From Candidatus Sulfomarinibacter sp. (lineage in GTDB: Bacteria > Acidobacteriota > Thermoanaerobaculia > Thermoanaerobaculales > Sulfomarinibacteraceae): a stretch of 64,000 bases of DNA. The stretch lies in NCBI GenBank assembly GCA_041560205.1, contig JBFFBV010000014.1, positions 3,811 to 67,810 of the forward strand, read 5' to 3'. Position numbers and translations under genes: made by a program. Position 1 is the first letter of the stretch, and each line of letters starts with the position of its first letter. Positions 29,541-40,063 of this stretch are shown here, in pieces. The notes beneath the pieces were generated by a model that saw nothing but the letters and a program-made list of their open reading frames with translations, did not search any database and had not been told where the DNA came from.

Positions 29541-31900
29541 CGAACCACCCGGACTTTCCTGACCCCGAGCTGCCTCCACAGGAAGCGATCAGCATCCCCG
29601 ACGTGCTGCCCGTGATGGCGCTGAGGGATGCCGTGCTCTTTCCCTTCGCCATCATCCCGCTCACCGTCGGCCGTGACATGTCGGTGCGAGCGGTCGACGA
29701 GGCACTGTCCGGTAACAGGCTCGTGCTGGTTTTGACCCAACAGGACCCCCAGGCCGAGCACCCCGAGCCGGAGGAGCTGTATCAGACGGGATGCGTCGCA
29801 CTCATCATGCGCATGCTCAAGCTACCGGACGGCACCATTCGCATTCTCATCCAGGGGCTTTCACGCGCACGAGTCGACTATTTCACCCGCACCGAACCCT
29901 CGCTCGAGGCAAGGCTGACCACGATCGACGAACCCGAAACGGGACAGGAAGAGCTCGAGGCCAAGGCCTTCGTTCGTTCGATCAAACAGGGACTCGAACG
30001 GGTCAGTACCCTCGGCAAACAGATCTCCCCGGAGGTCATCCTCATCACCTCGAACCTCGAGGACCCGCTGCGGCTGGCGGATCTCGCGGCCTCCAACCTC
30101 GGACTGGAGGTGGCCGACGCCCAGGCGGTGCTCGAAACCAACGAGGCCATGCCGAGGCTTCGCCGGGTCCATGAGCTCCTCGAAAAGGAGCTCGCACTCG
30201 CTGAGATGCAGGATCAGATCTCGACCCAGGTCCGGGGAGAGATCGACCGCAACCAGCGCGAGTTCCTCCTCCGCCAGCAGCTGCGGACGATCCAGCAGGA
30301 GCTCGGCGAGGTCGACGACGTCGAACACGAGATCGAGGCGTATCGCGAAAAGGCGACGGCGGTCGGGCTCAGCCAGGAAGCGCGGGAAGCGGTGGATCGC
30401 CAGCTCCGCCGGCTTGCCACCATGCACCCCGAAAGCGCCGAGTCCTCGGTCGCGAGGACCTGGCTTGACTGGATGACCTCACTCCCCTGGGCCACGATCA
30501 GCGAGGACAATCTCGACATCGCTGCCGCCCGCGCGATTCTCGACGAGGACCACTTCGACCTCGAAAAGGTCAAGGAGCGGATTCTCGAGTTCCTCGCGGT
30601 TCGGCAGCTCCGACCGGAGAGCAAGGGCCCGATTCTCTGTTTCGTCGGCCCACCCGGCGTCGGCAAAACCTCGCTCGGCCGCTCGATCGCCCGCGCTATG
30701 GGCCGTGAGTTCGTCCGGTCCTCCCTCGGCGGGGCCCGTGACGAAGCCGAAATCCGTGGCCACCGGCGTACCTATGTCGGCGCGCTGCCCGGGCGCATCA
30801 TCCAAGGCCTCTCCCAGGCCGGGACCTCGAACCCGGTGTTCATGCTCGACGAGGTCGACAAGCTCGGCGCCGATGTTCGCGGCGACCCGTCGTCCGCCCT
30901 CCTCGAGGTCCTCGATCCCGAACAGAACGACTCTTTTCGGGACCACTACCTGGGCGTGGTGTACGACCTCTCGAAAGTGCTCTTCATCGCCACCGGGAAT
31001 GTCACCGAGACCATCCAACCGGCCTTTCTCGACCGCATGGAGGTGATCCGGCTCTCGGGCTACACCGAGGAAGAGAAGCTCGAAATCGCACGCCGTCACC
31101 TCATCCCCCGCCAGATCGAGGAGAACGGTCTCTCTGCAAAAGGGCTCGAGTTCACCACTGCGGCCCTCAGGCGGCTGGTGGCCGAATACACGCGCGAGGC
31201 CGGTTTGAGAAATCTCGAGCGCGAGATCGGCTCGGTCTGCCGCAAGGTGGCCGTCGGGGTGGCCGAGGGCAGGCGTCCCCTGCGTCGAATCAACCCGTCG
31301 ACCGTCGAGCGGCTGCTCGGCCCGGCACGGCATCTGACGGACCGCCCCTTGGTGGAGGACCGAATCGGTGTCGCCACGGGTCTCGCGTACACACCCTTTG
31401 GCGGTGATGTTCTGCTCGTCGAGGCGATTCCGCTGAAGGGCAAAGGAGACCTCAAGCTGACCGGCTCGCTGGGCGAGGTCATGAAGGAGTCGGCGACCGC
31501 AGCGTTGTCTCTCGCCAGGGCGCGGGCCAACGGGCTCGGAATCGCCGACGGCTTCTTCGCCGATCGATCCCTGCACGTCCACGTGCCGGCGGGCGGGGTT
31601 CCCAAGGACGGGCCCTCTGCCGGCGCCACCATTCTGTCGGCGATCGTCTCGGCCGCTTCCGGTCGCCCCGTGCGCCACGACCTCGCCATGACCGGAGAGA
31701 TCACCCTCCGCGGCGACGTGCTGCCGGTCGGCGGGATCAAGGAGAAGGTCCTCGCGGCCCTGCGGGCTGGCATCACCGAGATTCTCCTGCCGGCGGAGAA
31801 CGAGCGTGACCTGGTGGACCTCCCACCGGCCGCTCGCAAAAAGCTGGATTTCGTTTTTGTGAACACCGTGGACGAGGTGCTGCAGGCGGCATTGCGCTGA
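29537..31900 (+). CDS. lon: ATP-dependent protease Lon
   Basis: ATGA overlap with nrdR. LON N-domain '[23 protein letters not shown]'. Walker A '[15 protein letters not shown]'. Protease '[16 protein letters not shown]...[19 protein letters not shown]'. Confidence 0.95.
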   Translation: MTNHPDFPDPELPPQEAISIPDVLPVMALRDAVLFPFAIIPLTVGRDMSVRAVDEALSGNRLVLVLTQQDPQAEHPEPEELYQTGCVALIMRMLKLPDGTIRILIQGLSRARVDYFTRTEPSLEARLTTIDEPETGQEELEAKAFVRSIKQGLERVSTLGKQISPEVILITSNLEDPLRLADLAASNLGLEVADAQAVLETNEAMPRLRRVHELLEKELALAEMQDQISTQVRGEIDRNQREFLLRQQLRTIQQELGEVDDVEHEIEAYREKATAVGLSQEAREAVDRQLRRLATMHPESAESSVARTWLDWMTSLPWATISEDNLDIAAARAILDEDHFDLEKVKERILEFLAVRQLRPESKGPILCFVGPPGVGKTSLGRSIARAMGREFVRSSLGGARDEAEIRGHRRTYVGALPGRIIQGLSQAGTSNPVFMLDEVDKLGADVRGDPSSALLEVLDPEQNDSFRDHYLGVVYDLSKVLFIATGNVTETIQPAFLDRMEVIRLSGYTEEEKLEIARRHLIPRQIEENGLSAKGLEFTTAALRRLVAEYTREAGLRNLEREIGSVCRKVAVGVAEGRRPLRRINPSTVERLLGPARHLTDRPLVEDRIGVATGLAYTPFGGDVLLVEAIPLKGKGDLKLTGSLGEVMKESATAALSLARARANGLGIADGFFADRSLHVHVPAGGVPKDGPSAGATILSAIVSAASGRPVRHDLAMTGEITLRGDVLPVGGIKEKVLAALRAGITEILLPAENERDLVDLPPAARKKLDFVFVNTVDEVLQAALR

Positions 31901-32033
31901 AGGAAGGCGTGAGGCTTGGGCCCGGGGCTCGAGGAAGCTCGCGCCTCTCCCGAGAAAGGCAGTCCTCAGGACTCAAGCCCCAAGCCCGGGCTGGGTGGGC
32001 GGCGGATATACTTGATTGCCAGTTGGAGGTGAG

Positions 32034-32987
32034 ATGACGGAACGAAAACGTGCTCTCGTGACCGGTGGCGCGGGCTTCCTCGGGTCACACCTGTGTGGGC
32101 GTTTGCTGGACGAAGGCCTCGAAGTGGTGTGCATGGACAATCTCATCACCGGCACGCTCGACAACATCGAGAGCAATTTCGGCCGTGACGGTTTCACTTT
32201 CGTCCACCACGACGTCACCAACTTCATTCACGTCCCGGGAGAACTCGATTTCATCCTCCACTTCGCCTCACCCGCGTCGCCTATCGACTACCTCAAGCTG
32301 CCGATCCAGACCCTCAAGGTCGGGTCGCTGGGAACCCACAAAGCTCTTGGTCTCGCGAAGTCCAAGGGGGCACGTTTCCTGCTCGCATCGACCTCCGAGG
32401 TCTACGGCGACCCGCTCGTCCACCCGCAGCCCGAGCATTACTGGGGCAACGTCAACCCCGTCGGGCCACGCGGCGTCTACGACGAAGCCAAGCGATTCGC
32501 CGAGGCCATCACCATGGCCTATCACCGCCACCACGGAGTCGATACGCGCATTGTCCGCATCTTCAACACCTACGGCCCACGCATGCGGACCGGAGACGGC
32601 CGGGTCGTACCGACCTTCATCTGCCAGGCACTGGCGGGCAAGCCTCTGACCGCCTTTGGAGACGGATCACAGACGCGTTCCTTCTGTTTCGTCGCCGACC
32701 TCATCGAGGGTATCTGGCGGCTGCTCAACTCGGACCACGTCGATCCGATGAACATCGGCAACCCCTCCGAGATGACGGTCCTCGAGTTCGCCGAGGAGAT
32801 CATCCGAATCACGGGCTCGGCGTCGGAGGTTGTCTTTGAAACGTTGCCGGTTGACGACCCCAAGGTCCGGCAGCCCGACATCTCGCGCGCACGTGAGGTC
32901 CTCGGTTGGGAGCCCCGGGTCTCCCTCGCCGATGGGCTCCAAGAGACGGTGGAGTACTTCTCGAACGGTCCAGAGCTGGCCGAGTGA
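32034..32987 (+). CDS. UDP-glucuronate decarboxylase (UDP-xylose synthase)-type SDR
   Basis: ATG 32034 after GGAGGTGAG. '[15 protein letters not shown]', '[36 protein letters not shown]', '[12 protein letters not shown]'. Confidence 0.85.
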   Translation: MTERKRALVTGGAGFLGSHLCGRLLDEGLEVVCMDNLITGTLDNIESNFGRDGFTFVHHDVTNFIHVPGELDFILHFASPASPIDYLKLPIQTLKVGSLGTHKALGLAKSKGARFLLASTSEVYGDPLVHPQPEHYWGNVNPVGPRGVYDEAKRFAEAITMAYHRHHGVDTRIVRIFNTYGPRMRTGDGRVVPTFICQALAGKPLTAFGDGSQTRSFCFVADLIEGIWRLLNSDHVDPMNIGNPSEMTVLEFAEEIIRITGSASEVVFETLPVDDPKVRQPDISRAREVLGWEPRVSLADGLQETVEYFSNGPELAE

Positions 32988-33027
32988 TCCATCAAAAACA
33001 GAACGCGCTTCGAGATTCGGCGAGTGA

Positions 33028-33100
33028 GGTGCCACCCTTCGCGTTGTCGTTGGCGCGCTGCTGTTGACCACTCGTTGATGACAATGCGAAGAGTGGCACC
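33028..33100. terminator. 15-bp inverted repeat in convergent gap (possible bidirectional terminator)
   Basis: GGTGCCACCCTTCGC (33028-33042) pairs with GCGAAGAGTGGCACC (33086-33100) with 1 mismatch. The loop is long at 43 nt and there is no U-tract. Confidence 0.25.
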
Positions 33101-33126
33101 GGTGTCGTCGACGCGGACCATGCGCG

Positions 33127-34428
33127 TCAGGGTGCGATGTCTTCAGCAGTGCCCACAATGAGATCCAAGGCATCGACCGCTTCGGTTCCGATCGTGAACG
33201 CTTCGCGGATACGGCCGGCGAGGCGATCCTCATCGACCTCGCGCTCACCCAGGAGCAACGTGGCCAGTGACTGACCGGCCTCGACCGGATCGCCGATGCG
33301 GGCGTGGATCAGGACACCCGCCCCGTGCGCGAGCTCATCGTCCACGCGGCGCCTCCCGGCGCCGACCTCTGCGGCGACCCTGCCAAGATCCTCTCCGTCA
33401 CAGCCCGTTACGAAGCCCGCTGTCGGTGCTGGCACCTCGATGGTGGATCGTGGGCGGGCCAGCTTCTCGGGGTCGGGATCACCTCCATGCGCCACGGTGA
33501 TGCGTTCCCAGGCGGCGAGGGCAGCGCCGTCGGCAAGTGCCATCTCCAAGGCCTTCTCGGCCTCGTCCGCGGTCCGTCCCTGGAGAACCATCGCCTCACG
33601 GCACAGCCTCAGCGTCACGTTGCGCAGGCGTGCGTCGCCGCCGCCCGAGAGCACCGCCAGCGCCTCCCGTACCTCGCACGCCGTGCCGAGGGCCGGCCCG
33701 AGCGGCTGATTCATGTCGGTGATCAGGGCCTCGCAGCGCACTCCGGTGTCGACCGCCACCTGCCGCAGCGCCACCGCCAGCTCACGAGCCGACTCCATCG
33801 TCTTGCGGAACGCACCCGTGCCCCATTTGACATCGAGGATCAAGGCTGCCGCTCCGAGGGCGAGTTTTTTCGACATGATCGACCCGACGATCAGCGGCAG
33901 CGAGGGCACCGTCGCCGTCACGTCGCGAAGTGCGTAGAGCCTGCGGTCGGCTGGTGCGATGTCGTCGGTCTGGGCAATGATTGCAGCACCGCATCCGTCG
34001 ATCAGAGCCATCGTCTCGTCCCGGTCGCGGGTCGAGTCCCATCCCGGCACGGCATCGAGCTTGTCCAGCGTCCCCTGAGAATGGCCGAGACCCCGTCCCG
34101 CCATCATCGCCACCGGCACCCCGACCGCGGCCAGCATCGGCGCAAGCATCAGCGAGACGGTGTCGCCGACACCACCGGTCGAGTGCTTGTCCACGACCTC
34201 GGGACGATCGGATGCGAGATGCCACGCCTCGCCCGAGGCCAGCATGTCCTCGGTCAGCCAGCGGGTCTCGTCCGGGCCCATTCCGTTGCAGCAGATGGCC
34301 ATGAGCATGGCCGCGAGCTGCTCGGGCGGTAGCGAGCCGTCACTCGCTCCGCGCACGAAGGCCGCCACCTGCTCGCGGGCCAGGGCACCGCCGTCACGTT
34401 TCTCGGCGATGGCCTCGACGAAGCTCAC
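33127..34428 (-). CDS. thymidine / pyrimidine-nucleoside phosphorylase
   Basis: 'IAEKRDGGAL', 'DKHSTGGVGD', 'MMAGRGLGHSQGTLDKLDAVPGW', 'SIMSKKLA'. Confidence 0.9.
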   Translation of the reverse strand: MSFVEAIAEKRDGGALAREQVAAFVRGASDGSLPPEQLAAMLMAICCNGMGPDETRWLTEDMLASGEAWHLASDRPEVVDKHSTGGVGDTVSLMLAPMLAAVGVPVAMMAGRGLGHSQGTLDKLDAVPGWDSTRDRDETMALIDGCGAAIIAQTDDIAPADRRLYALRDVTATVPSLPLIVGSIMSKKLALGAAALILDVKWGTGAFRKTMESARELAVALRQVAVDTGVRCEALITDMNQPLGPALGTACEVREALAVLSGGGDARLRNVTLRLCREAMVLQGRTADEAEKALEMALADGAALAAWERITVAHGGDPDPEKLARPRSTIEVPAPTAGFVTGCDGEDLGRVAAEVGAGRRRVDDELAHGAGVLIHARIGDPVEAGQSLATLLLGEREVDEDRLAGRIREAFTIGTEAVDALDLIVGTAEDIAP

Positions 34429-34442
34429 CCGGGGCTCTCCGG

Positions 34443-35135
34443 CTAGCCGAGCTCGGCCAGACGTTGGCGGGCGCCGGCCAGGTATGGCGACTCCGGAAAC
34501 TCCTCGACCAGCGTCTCGAAATAGGACCTGGCCTTTTCGGGCTGTCCCTCTTCCACCAAGAGCTCGCCCAATCGATAGAGGGCCGCATCACGCGGCAGCC
34601 CGGCTTTTTGGCCGGCTGCCATGGCTTCGAGCTCGGTCGCCACCTCGGTGCCCTGACCCGAGGCGATCCGGAGATTGATGAGGTCGAGATTGGCGAGGCG
34701 ACCGACGAGGTCGTCACCGTGCTTCTGTGCCAGCTCGACCAGCGCGGTCCTCGCTTCATCGGTCTGGCCACGACTCAGGGCGATGCGCGCGAGGTAGAGC
34801 CTGGCCACATCGGCCTGCTCGGATCGCCCGTAGCTGTCGATCACCTGCTGAAACTCGGCCTCGGCCGCCTCGAGATCACCGGCCGGCACCACCGAGCCCG
34901 CAGCGGCGTCACCTTCGAAGGTCTTGGTCGCGTGGTAGAGAAGCAACGACGCGTCATCAGTACGGGCACCCATCCAGCCGTTGATCGCCCACCACAGAAG
35001 CGCGACCACACAGACCCCGGCAATCCCGGCCGCGAGCGGCCTGGCATTGTCCGCGATCCAACGAAAGATCACCTCCGCCGCGGAGACGAACTCGTCGTCC
35101 TTCTTGAGTTGTTTTCGGGTTATCCGACGTCCCAT
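34443..35135 (-). CDS. membrane-anchored TPR protein (YfgM-like)
   Basis: 'ITRKQLKKDDEFVS', a single TM 'LAAGIAGVCVVALLWWAI', then TPR-like repeats. Confidence 0.55.
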   Translation of the reverse strand: MGRRITRKQLKKDDEFVSAAEVIFRWIADNARPLAAGIAGVCVVALLWWAINGWMGARTDDASLLLYHATKTFEGDAAAGSVVPAGDLEAAEAEFQQVIDSYGRSEQADVARLYLARIALSRGQTDEARTALVELAQKHGDDLVGRLANLDLINLRIASGQGTEVATELEAMAAGQKAGLPRDAALYRLGELLVEEGQPEKARSYFETLVEEFPESPYLAGARQRLAELG

Positions 35136-35186
35136 TCAGCTCCTCCTGCCGCACTCACCGTGCACTCCGGGCGTACGGGGAATCCA

Positions 35187-35195
35187 ACTGTAGCA
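35187..35195 (-). promoter_or_regulatory. extended -10-like TGCTACAGT for 34443-35135 / 33127-34428
   Basis: Minus-strand TGCTACAGT about 50 nt upstream of ATG 35135. Confidence 0.35.
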
Positions 35196-35259
35196 CGCGA
35201 GGCTCATTGCGTCGCGAGTATGCGTCGATTCTCGTGTTCAGTCGCCGGTTGCTCTCGCC

Positions 35260-36138
35260 TCAGGGCGCCGGCGCATCTTCCTCCGGGGACTGAAGATCAA
35301 GCTGCTGCAAAAGCGGAAAAGCACCCGCAGCGGTCTGGTCGAGGCCGAGAGGAGCAATCGTTACCCATCCGCCGGCGAGGGCGTGTGAGTCCGCACCCGG
35401 CGTCGTCTCTTTCGGCGGCTTCCAGCGACTCGTGTACCAGCGGGTGCCGTCGGAATCGGCGCGCGCCAGCACGTAGCGCGCCTCCTCGGATAGATCGAGT
35501 GCCATGCGGGCGACTCGATACCCTCGGATGGCCGCCGTGTCGACCGGCACGTTGACGTTGAGATAGACACCCGGCGGCAGACCGTTGTCGCGCACGGCGT
35601 CGATCACCGGTTTGGCCCACCTGGCCGCAGACACGAAATCGGGTTGCGGATCGGCCCAATTGAGCTGGAGGGAGACGGCAATCGATGGGATCCCGGCATA
35701 GGCGCCCTCGCGAGCAACCGCCACGGTTCCCGAGGTCCACGCACCGAGCCCGTCGTTTTCGCCACGATTGATGCCCGAGATCACCAGATCCGGCGAGTCG
35801 TCCACGAGCAGCGCGGTGAGGGCGATGCGGGCAACCGTGGCGGGCGTTGCATCGACCGACCACGCCGTACAACCGGCCACCGCCTGGTGCTGGACCACTT
35901 TGATCTCGCTTCGAGTAATCAGCCCGTGGCCCGACACGCTTTGCTGCTGCGCCGGAGCCACCACCGTCACTCGGTACGTGGGGTCGGCGGCGATCACAGC
36001 CGCGATCGCATCGAGGCCCGGCGATTCGATGCCGTCATCGTTGGCGACGAGGACGTGGGTGGGATCGGCGGCGGATGCCGGTGGTGCCGCGAAGATCAGG
36101 GTCAAAATCAGGCAGGTCAGGAATCGTTGAGCAATCAT
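35260..36138 (-). CDS. surE: 5'/3'-nucleotidase SurE (with signal peptide)
   Basis: 'VLVANDDGIESPGLDAIA', 'QQSVSGHGLT', 'VISGINRGENDGLGAWTSGTVAVAREG'. N-terminal 'LILTLIFAAPPASA'. Confidence 0.8.
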   Translation of the reverse strand: MIAQRFLTCLILTLIFAAPPASAADPTHVLVANDDGIESPGLDAIAAVIAADPTYRVTVVAPAQQQSVSGHGLITRSEIKVVQHQAVAGCTAWSVDATPATVARIALTALLVDDSPDLVISGINRGENDGLGAWTSGTVAVAREGAYAGIPSIAVSLQLNWADPQPDFVSAARWAKPVIDAVRDNGLPPGVYLNVNVPVDTAAIRGYRVARMALDLSEEARYVLARADSDGTRWYTSRWKPPKETTPGADSHALAGGWVTIAPLGLDQTAAGAFPLLQQLDLQSPEEDAPAP

Positions 36139-36336
36139 CGCGCCTCCAAATAGTCCGGGGAGTTTACATCAGGATCTGGGTCGCGGTCGCTCGAAGCCAC
36201 AGCAGGTGCCACCGCTGACGATGTTTCCTCCTGAGCGACTTGTCGACATTCGAGTGACTACTGCGGAAAATCGTCACCAGTGGCACCATGCCCTGCCGAA
36301 TGGGGCGCGATACACTTTGCGCACAAGGAGGCCGCA

Positions 36337-36459
36337 ATGGAGGAGTACTCGCTGACACTTGGCGCGCACCTGCTGCTGTGGGCCTTTCCGCTGGCGCTGG
36401 CAGTCTTGGTGATCGTGGAAAACCTCCTCGATGCCCGCACCAAGGAGGACGGATCATGA
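36337..36459 (+). CDS. small membrane protein (40 aa) coupled to symporter
   Basis: Own translation: MEEYSLTLGAHLLLWAFPLALAVLVIVENLLDARTKEDGS. AAGGAGG SD 6 nt upstream, and ATGA overlap with the symporter start at 36456. Confidence 0.45.
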   Translation: MEEYSLTLGAHLLLWAFPLALAVLVIVENLLDARTKEDGS

Positions 36460-38081
36460 CGACGGTGGAGGGCTCGACCCTCACCACCGTCGCCGGAGTC
36501 ATGATCGTCTATCTTGGCGTGCTCCTGTTCATCGGCTGGCGAGCGGCGCGGAGGACCCACGGCGGTGAGGATTTTCACCTCGCCGGCCGCTCTCTCGGTG
36601 CCTGGTCTGCGGGCATCTCCTCGACCGCGAGCTCGGAATCGGGCTGGGTCACCCTCGGCGCGGTCGGCATGACCTTCACCTACGGCGTGTCCGGCCTCTG
36701 GTACGCCCCGGGCTGTCTCCTCGGCTATCTCGTCAACGTCTATCTTGTCGCGCCGCGGCTCCGCCCGCTCTCCGCGGGCCAGGGCTCAGTCACCCTCACC
36801 GACGTCATCACCCGTCGTTGGGGCGACCCCCGCAACGTGCTCCGTCTGACCTCGACCGCCATCATCCTGGTGTGCATGATGGGCTACGTGGCGGCCCAGA
36901 TGACCGCCGCCGGCAAGGCTTTCTCCTCGTCCCTCGGTCTGGAGGGCAGGGGCGGATATGTCCTCGGGGTCGTGATCGGCGCGGCCGTCATCATCCTCGT
37001 CACCTCGCTCGGTGGTTTCCGCGCCGTTGCCTGGACCGATCTTTTCCAGGGGCTGCTGGTGGCAACGGCCCTGATTGCGCTCCCGCTGTACGCCATCGCT
37101 CGTCTCGGAGGCTTCGGTGCGCTCGTTCAGGGTCTCGGAGCAATCGACTCCGACTTCCTCAGCGCCGGAGGGGGCCGGCTCGGTCCCGCCCTTTGGGGAT
37201 TCATCATCGGCCAGCTGGGCATCGGTCTCGGCTACCCCGGAATGCCCCACGTCATCACCCGCTACATGGCCGCCAGGGACGATCGCGAGGTCCAGAAATT
37301 GCAGGTGATCGCCATGTTTTGGGGCCTGGCGGTCTTCTACGGAGCCGGGCTCGTCGGCCTTGTCGGACGCGTCATGCTGCCCGGGCTCGCCGACGGCGAG
37401 CAGGCGTTGATGGCGCTCGCCTTACAGCTCGTCCACCCGGTGCTCGCCGGCCTCCTGCTGGCAGCGGTCATCTCGGCCATCCTTTCCACCGTCTCGTCAC
37501 AGCTGCTGGTGGCAGCCTCGGCGGTGTCCTACGATGTCGTCGAGGAAACTCTCGGCCAGGCGAGCGACGACCGCCGCAGCCTCGTCCTCGGTCGCTGGAC
37601 GGTTGCGGCCGTCGGGCTCATCGGAATCCTGGTCGCGCTCACCGAGGTGCGCCTGGTCTTTTGGTTCGTCCTCTTCGCCTGGTCGGGGCTCGGCGCGGCC
37701 TTCGCGCCATTGATTCTGCTCGCTCTGACGAAGCGCGGCGTCAACCGCCACGGAGCGCTGGCGGCGATGCTGACCGGCACGGGCGTCACCGTCGCGTGGA
37801 AGCTGGGGCGAGACGCCGCCTCGAATCCTGAAGGCTTTGCACGCGTGTGGTGGATCTCGCTGATCGCAGCGGCCGCCATCCTCCTCCTCGGGAGCTTCAC
37901 CAAGACATTCGAGCGGGGCGACCAGATCTCGGTCGTGGCCGCCGCGGCGTTGACCATCATCAGCTGGTGGCTCGTCCAGAGGTGGGGCCTGTCAAATCTC
38001 TACGAGCTCGTCCCGGCATTCTTCCTCGCCGGCTTCGCCGCGTTGGCAGTGAGTGCACTCACCCGACCCTCGGATTTTTGA
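36456..38081 (+). CDS. sodium:solute symporter (SSS family, PutP/PanF-like)
   Basis: Start moved to ATG 36456. 'EDFHLAGRSLGAWSAGISSTASSESGWVTLGAVG', about 13 TM helices, 'GGFRAVAWTDLFQG'. Confidence 0.85.
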   Translation: MTTVEGSTLTTVAGVMIVYLGVLLFIGWRAARRTHGGEDFHLAGRSLGAWSAGISSTASSESGWVTLGAVGMTFTYGVSGLWYAPGCLLGYLVNVYLVAPRLRPLSAGQGSVTLTDVITRRWGDPRNVLRLTSTAIILVCMMGYVAAQMTAAGKAFSSSLGLEGRGGYVLGVVIGAAVIILVTSLGGFRAVAWTDLFQGLLVATALIALPLYAIARLGGFGALVQGLGAIDSDFLSAGGGRLGPALWGFIIGQLGIGLGYPGMPHVITRYMAARDDREVQKLQVIAMFWGLAVFYGAGLVGLVGRVMLPGLADGEQALMALALQLVHPVLAGLLLAAVISAILSTVSSQLLVAASAVSYDVVEETLGQASDDRRSLVLGRWTVAAVGLIGILVALTEVRLVFWFVLFAWSGLGAAFAPLILLALTKRGVNRHGALAAMLTGTGVTVAWKLGRDAASNPEGFARVWWISLIAAAAILLLGSFTKTFERGDQISVVAAAALTIISWWLVQRWGLSNLYELVPAFFLAGFAALAVSALTRPSDF

Positions 38082-38140
38082 ACGCTCGGGTTGTCCGGGT
38101 TGCGAAGAGCAGAACGCCGGAAAGAGCGGCAAGGACCTTT

Positions 38141-38410
38141 TTCAGCGGCAGCACTCAGGCACCGCTTCAGTCTTCAACGAAAGGGTTGTTGAACGGGTGA
38201 CGGCTTCGCCTGTCGCCGTCCCTGAGTGCTGCCCCCGCTCACTGAACCTGCATTCTGCCGCTGATTCTGATCGCTGCACCCATGCTCAACGGGTGCATCT
38301 GCCGTCGTTCAGCGGCTCCATGGATTTGTGGGACCATTCGTAGAACGTCCTCCAAGGGGATTACCGAAATGTAACGCCAGATCGGGGGTTACTGACGCCC
38401 AGAGGGCGTC
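38141..38410. other. gene-free region with nested perfect stems (candidate structured RNA; strand unknown)
   Basis: A 13-bp stem (38147-38159/38221-38233) encloses two 6-bp hairpins (38173-78/38188-93 and 38199-204/38215-20). An 8-bp stem (38257-64/38309-16) encloses a 7-bp hairpin (38275-81/38291-97). A further hairpin lies at 38394-38400/38404-38410. Confidence 0.3.
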
Positions 38411-38559
38411 GTGACTCGCCGCCGCCAGCGTGCAGGCAATGGCTGACCCCACTCCACCCTTCCCTCTCAGCCGTTGCCTGCGGGTCGCTGCCAGCGGCGA
38501 GTTCACGCCCCGGGCTATCCATCTGTCGCCTCTCAGGGGCTTTTTGAGAGCCGACGGTC

Positions 38560-39993
38560 TTAGCGTTCGCGAGGCGGGGGGGTCATGCCGAAGGACAGGC
38601 GGACGTAGTTGCTGGCCTCCGACTGGAACTCCGCGAGGCGAGTGGAATCGGCGTTGACCACCAGCCCGTGCCGATCGAGGTTGGGATTCCGGCAAAAGCC
38701 CTCGAGGGGCACGCCGCCGACGCCGGTCTCGAGATAAAAGGCCACCGTCGGTGAGACCTTTGCAGCGCCGGCGAGCTCACGGCACTTCACCGACAGCCGC
38801 GGGTTGGCGTACATCGAACCCTCCCAGTCGAAACCTTCTGGATCGGGCAGGAGCGGCTGATGATCGTCGAAGAACTCGCCGTGGCGCTCGAAGGCCGCCG
38901 CCATCAAGAGGCGGCGTCTCCGCTGCAGGTGGCGACCGATCCGAGTCTGGAGTTGAATCCGGTTGCTCGCCACCTCCTCGTCACCGAGCGCGAAGGGAGC
39001 GAGGAGGGACATCATCACCGCCTGCATGACGTTGGACGGACCCGCCATGATGTTCTGGGCGTAGCGGACGATCCCGTCACGCACGGCCGGCGAACGGGTC
39101 AGGATGGCGCCGGACCGGAGGCCCGTGACACCGTGGGTCTTCGACAAGGAGTCGATGAAGAGCACGGCCTCGGCGTAGCGAGAATCTTCGCCGTACCACG
39201 CGAGGAGCTCCCGGTACCGCGGGTGGAGCCGCACATATACCGAGTCGAGGATGATCGCCGCATGGGGCCAGCGGTCGAGCACCGCGTCGACAAAGGCGCG
39301 AAGTTGTTCGGGCGGCCAGGTGAGCCCGGTCGGGTTGTTGATCGGCATCAGATAGACGCCATCGATGTCGACGTCGTCGGGCACCTGGTCGAGGTCTGCA
39401 GCCGAGGGGTCCATATTCGGTTGGCCAGGCGGCAGTAAGTAGACCTTCATCCCCTGCAGGGCCATCTGATCCATCGGGCACGAGAAGGTCGGGATCGGCA
39501 CCAGCACGGTCGCCGGGCCGTTCACGCCGACCCGGTTGCGACGCGCCTCGGCGACCCCCAAGAGCGATGCCTGGAGCGCCTGGTTGGCGCCGTGGAAGAC
39601 GATGATCTCCGGTGGGGACTGAGGCTCGTTTTTGAACTCGATCCCCAGCTGCGTGGACCACAGCCCGCCCCAGGCCCTTGTGACCGCCGGAAAGCCTATC
39701 GAATCCAAGTTGTAGCCGAGAGGGTGCGGGCTGAGCTGGTTCAGCCAGCCCTCGATATGCTGGAAGGCCGCATGCAGCATGCTCTGCCAATCGTGGTGGA
39801 GATTCGGGTCCTCGGGGTCGTCCTCGGGGACCGTCCGCCAGTCGAGATCGCCAATGGCCGACGCGAGGTCGTCGTATCCCTTCGCCCGCATCGCACTCAC
39901 GGTGCGGCTCATCAAGCGAATGGGAGCGCTGGCGAAAGCAGCTTCGAAGGAGTTGAAGACCTCCATCCGGACCTCACGTTCGGTCTGCGCCAT
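38560..39993 (-). CDS. PLP-dependent aminotransferase (class I/II fold)
   Basis: 'YLMPINNPTGLTW', 'ILDSVYV', 'DSLSKTHGVTGLRSG' (Lys-containing SxSK motif). Confidence 0.65.
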   Translation of the reverse strand: MAQTEREVRMEVFNSFEAAFASAPIRLMSRTVSAMRAKGYDDLASAIGDLDWRTVPEDDPEDPNLHHDWQSMLHAAFQHIEGWLNQLSPHPLGYNLDSIGFPAVTRAWGGLWSTQLGIEFKNEPQSPPEIIVFHGANQALQASLLGVAEARRNRVGVNGPATVLVPIPTFSCPMDQMALQGMKVYLLPPGQPNMDPSAADLDQVPDDVDIDGVYLMPINNPTGLTWPPEQLRAFVDAVLDRWPHAAIILDSVYVRLHPRYRELLAWYGEDSRYAEAVLFIDSLSKTHGVTGLRSGAILTRSPAVRDGIVRYAQNIMAGPSNVMQAVMMSLLAPFALGDEEVASNRIQLQTRIGRHLQRRRRLLMAAAFERHGEFFDDHQPLLPDPEGFDWEGSMYANPRLSVKCRELAGAAKVSPTVAFYLETGVGGVPLEGFCRNPNLDRHGLVVNADSTRLAEFQSEASNYVRLSFGMTPPPRER

Positions 39994-40063
39994 AGCACCC
40001 CCTCTCGGATAGCCTGCATGGTACTCGGCGCCTCTTCGAGCGGCAAGGGAGCTCGGTCGGACC

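Noticed and set aside
31901-32033. A terminator after lon (GGCTTGGG ... CCCAAGCC pairing).
   Set aside because: It has only 8 bp, a loop of about 56 nt and no U-tract, so it is not convincing.
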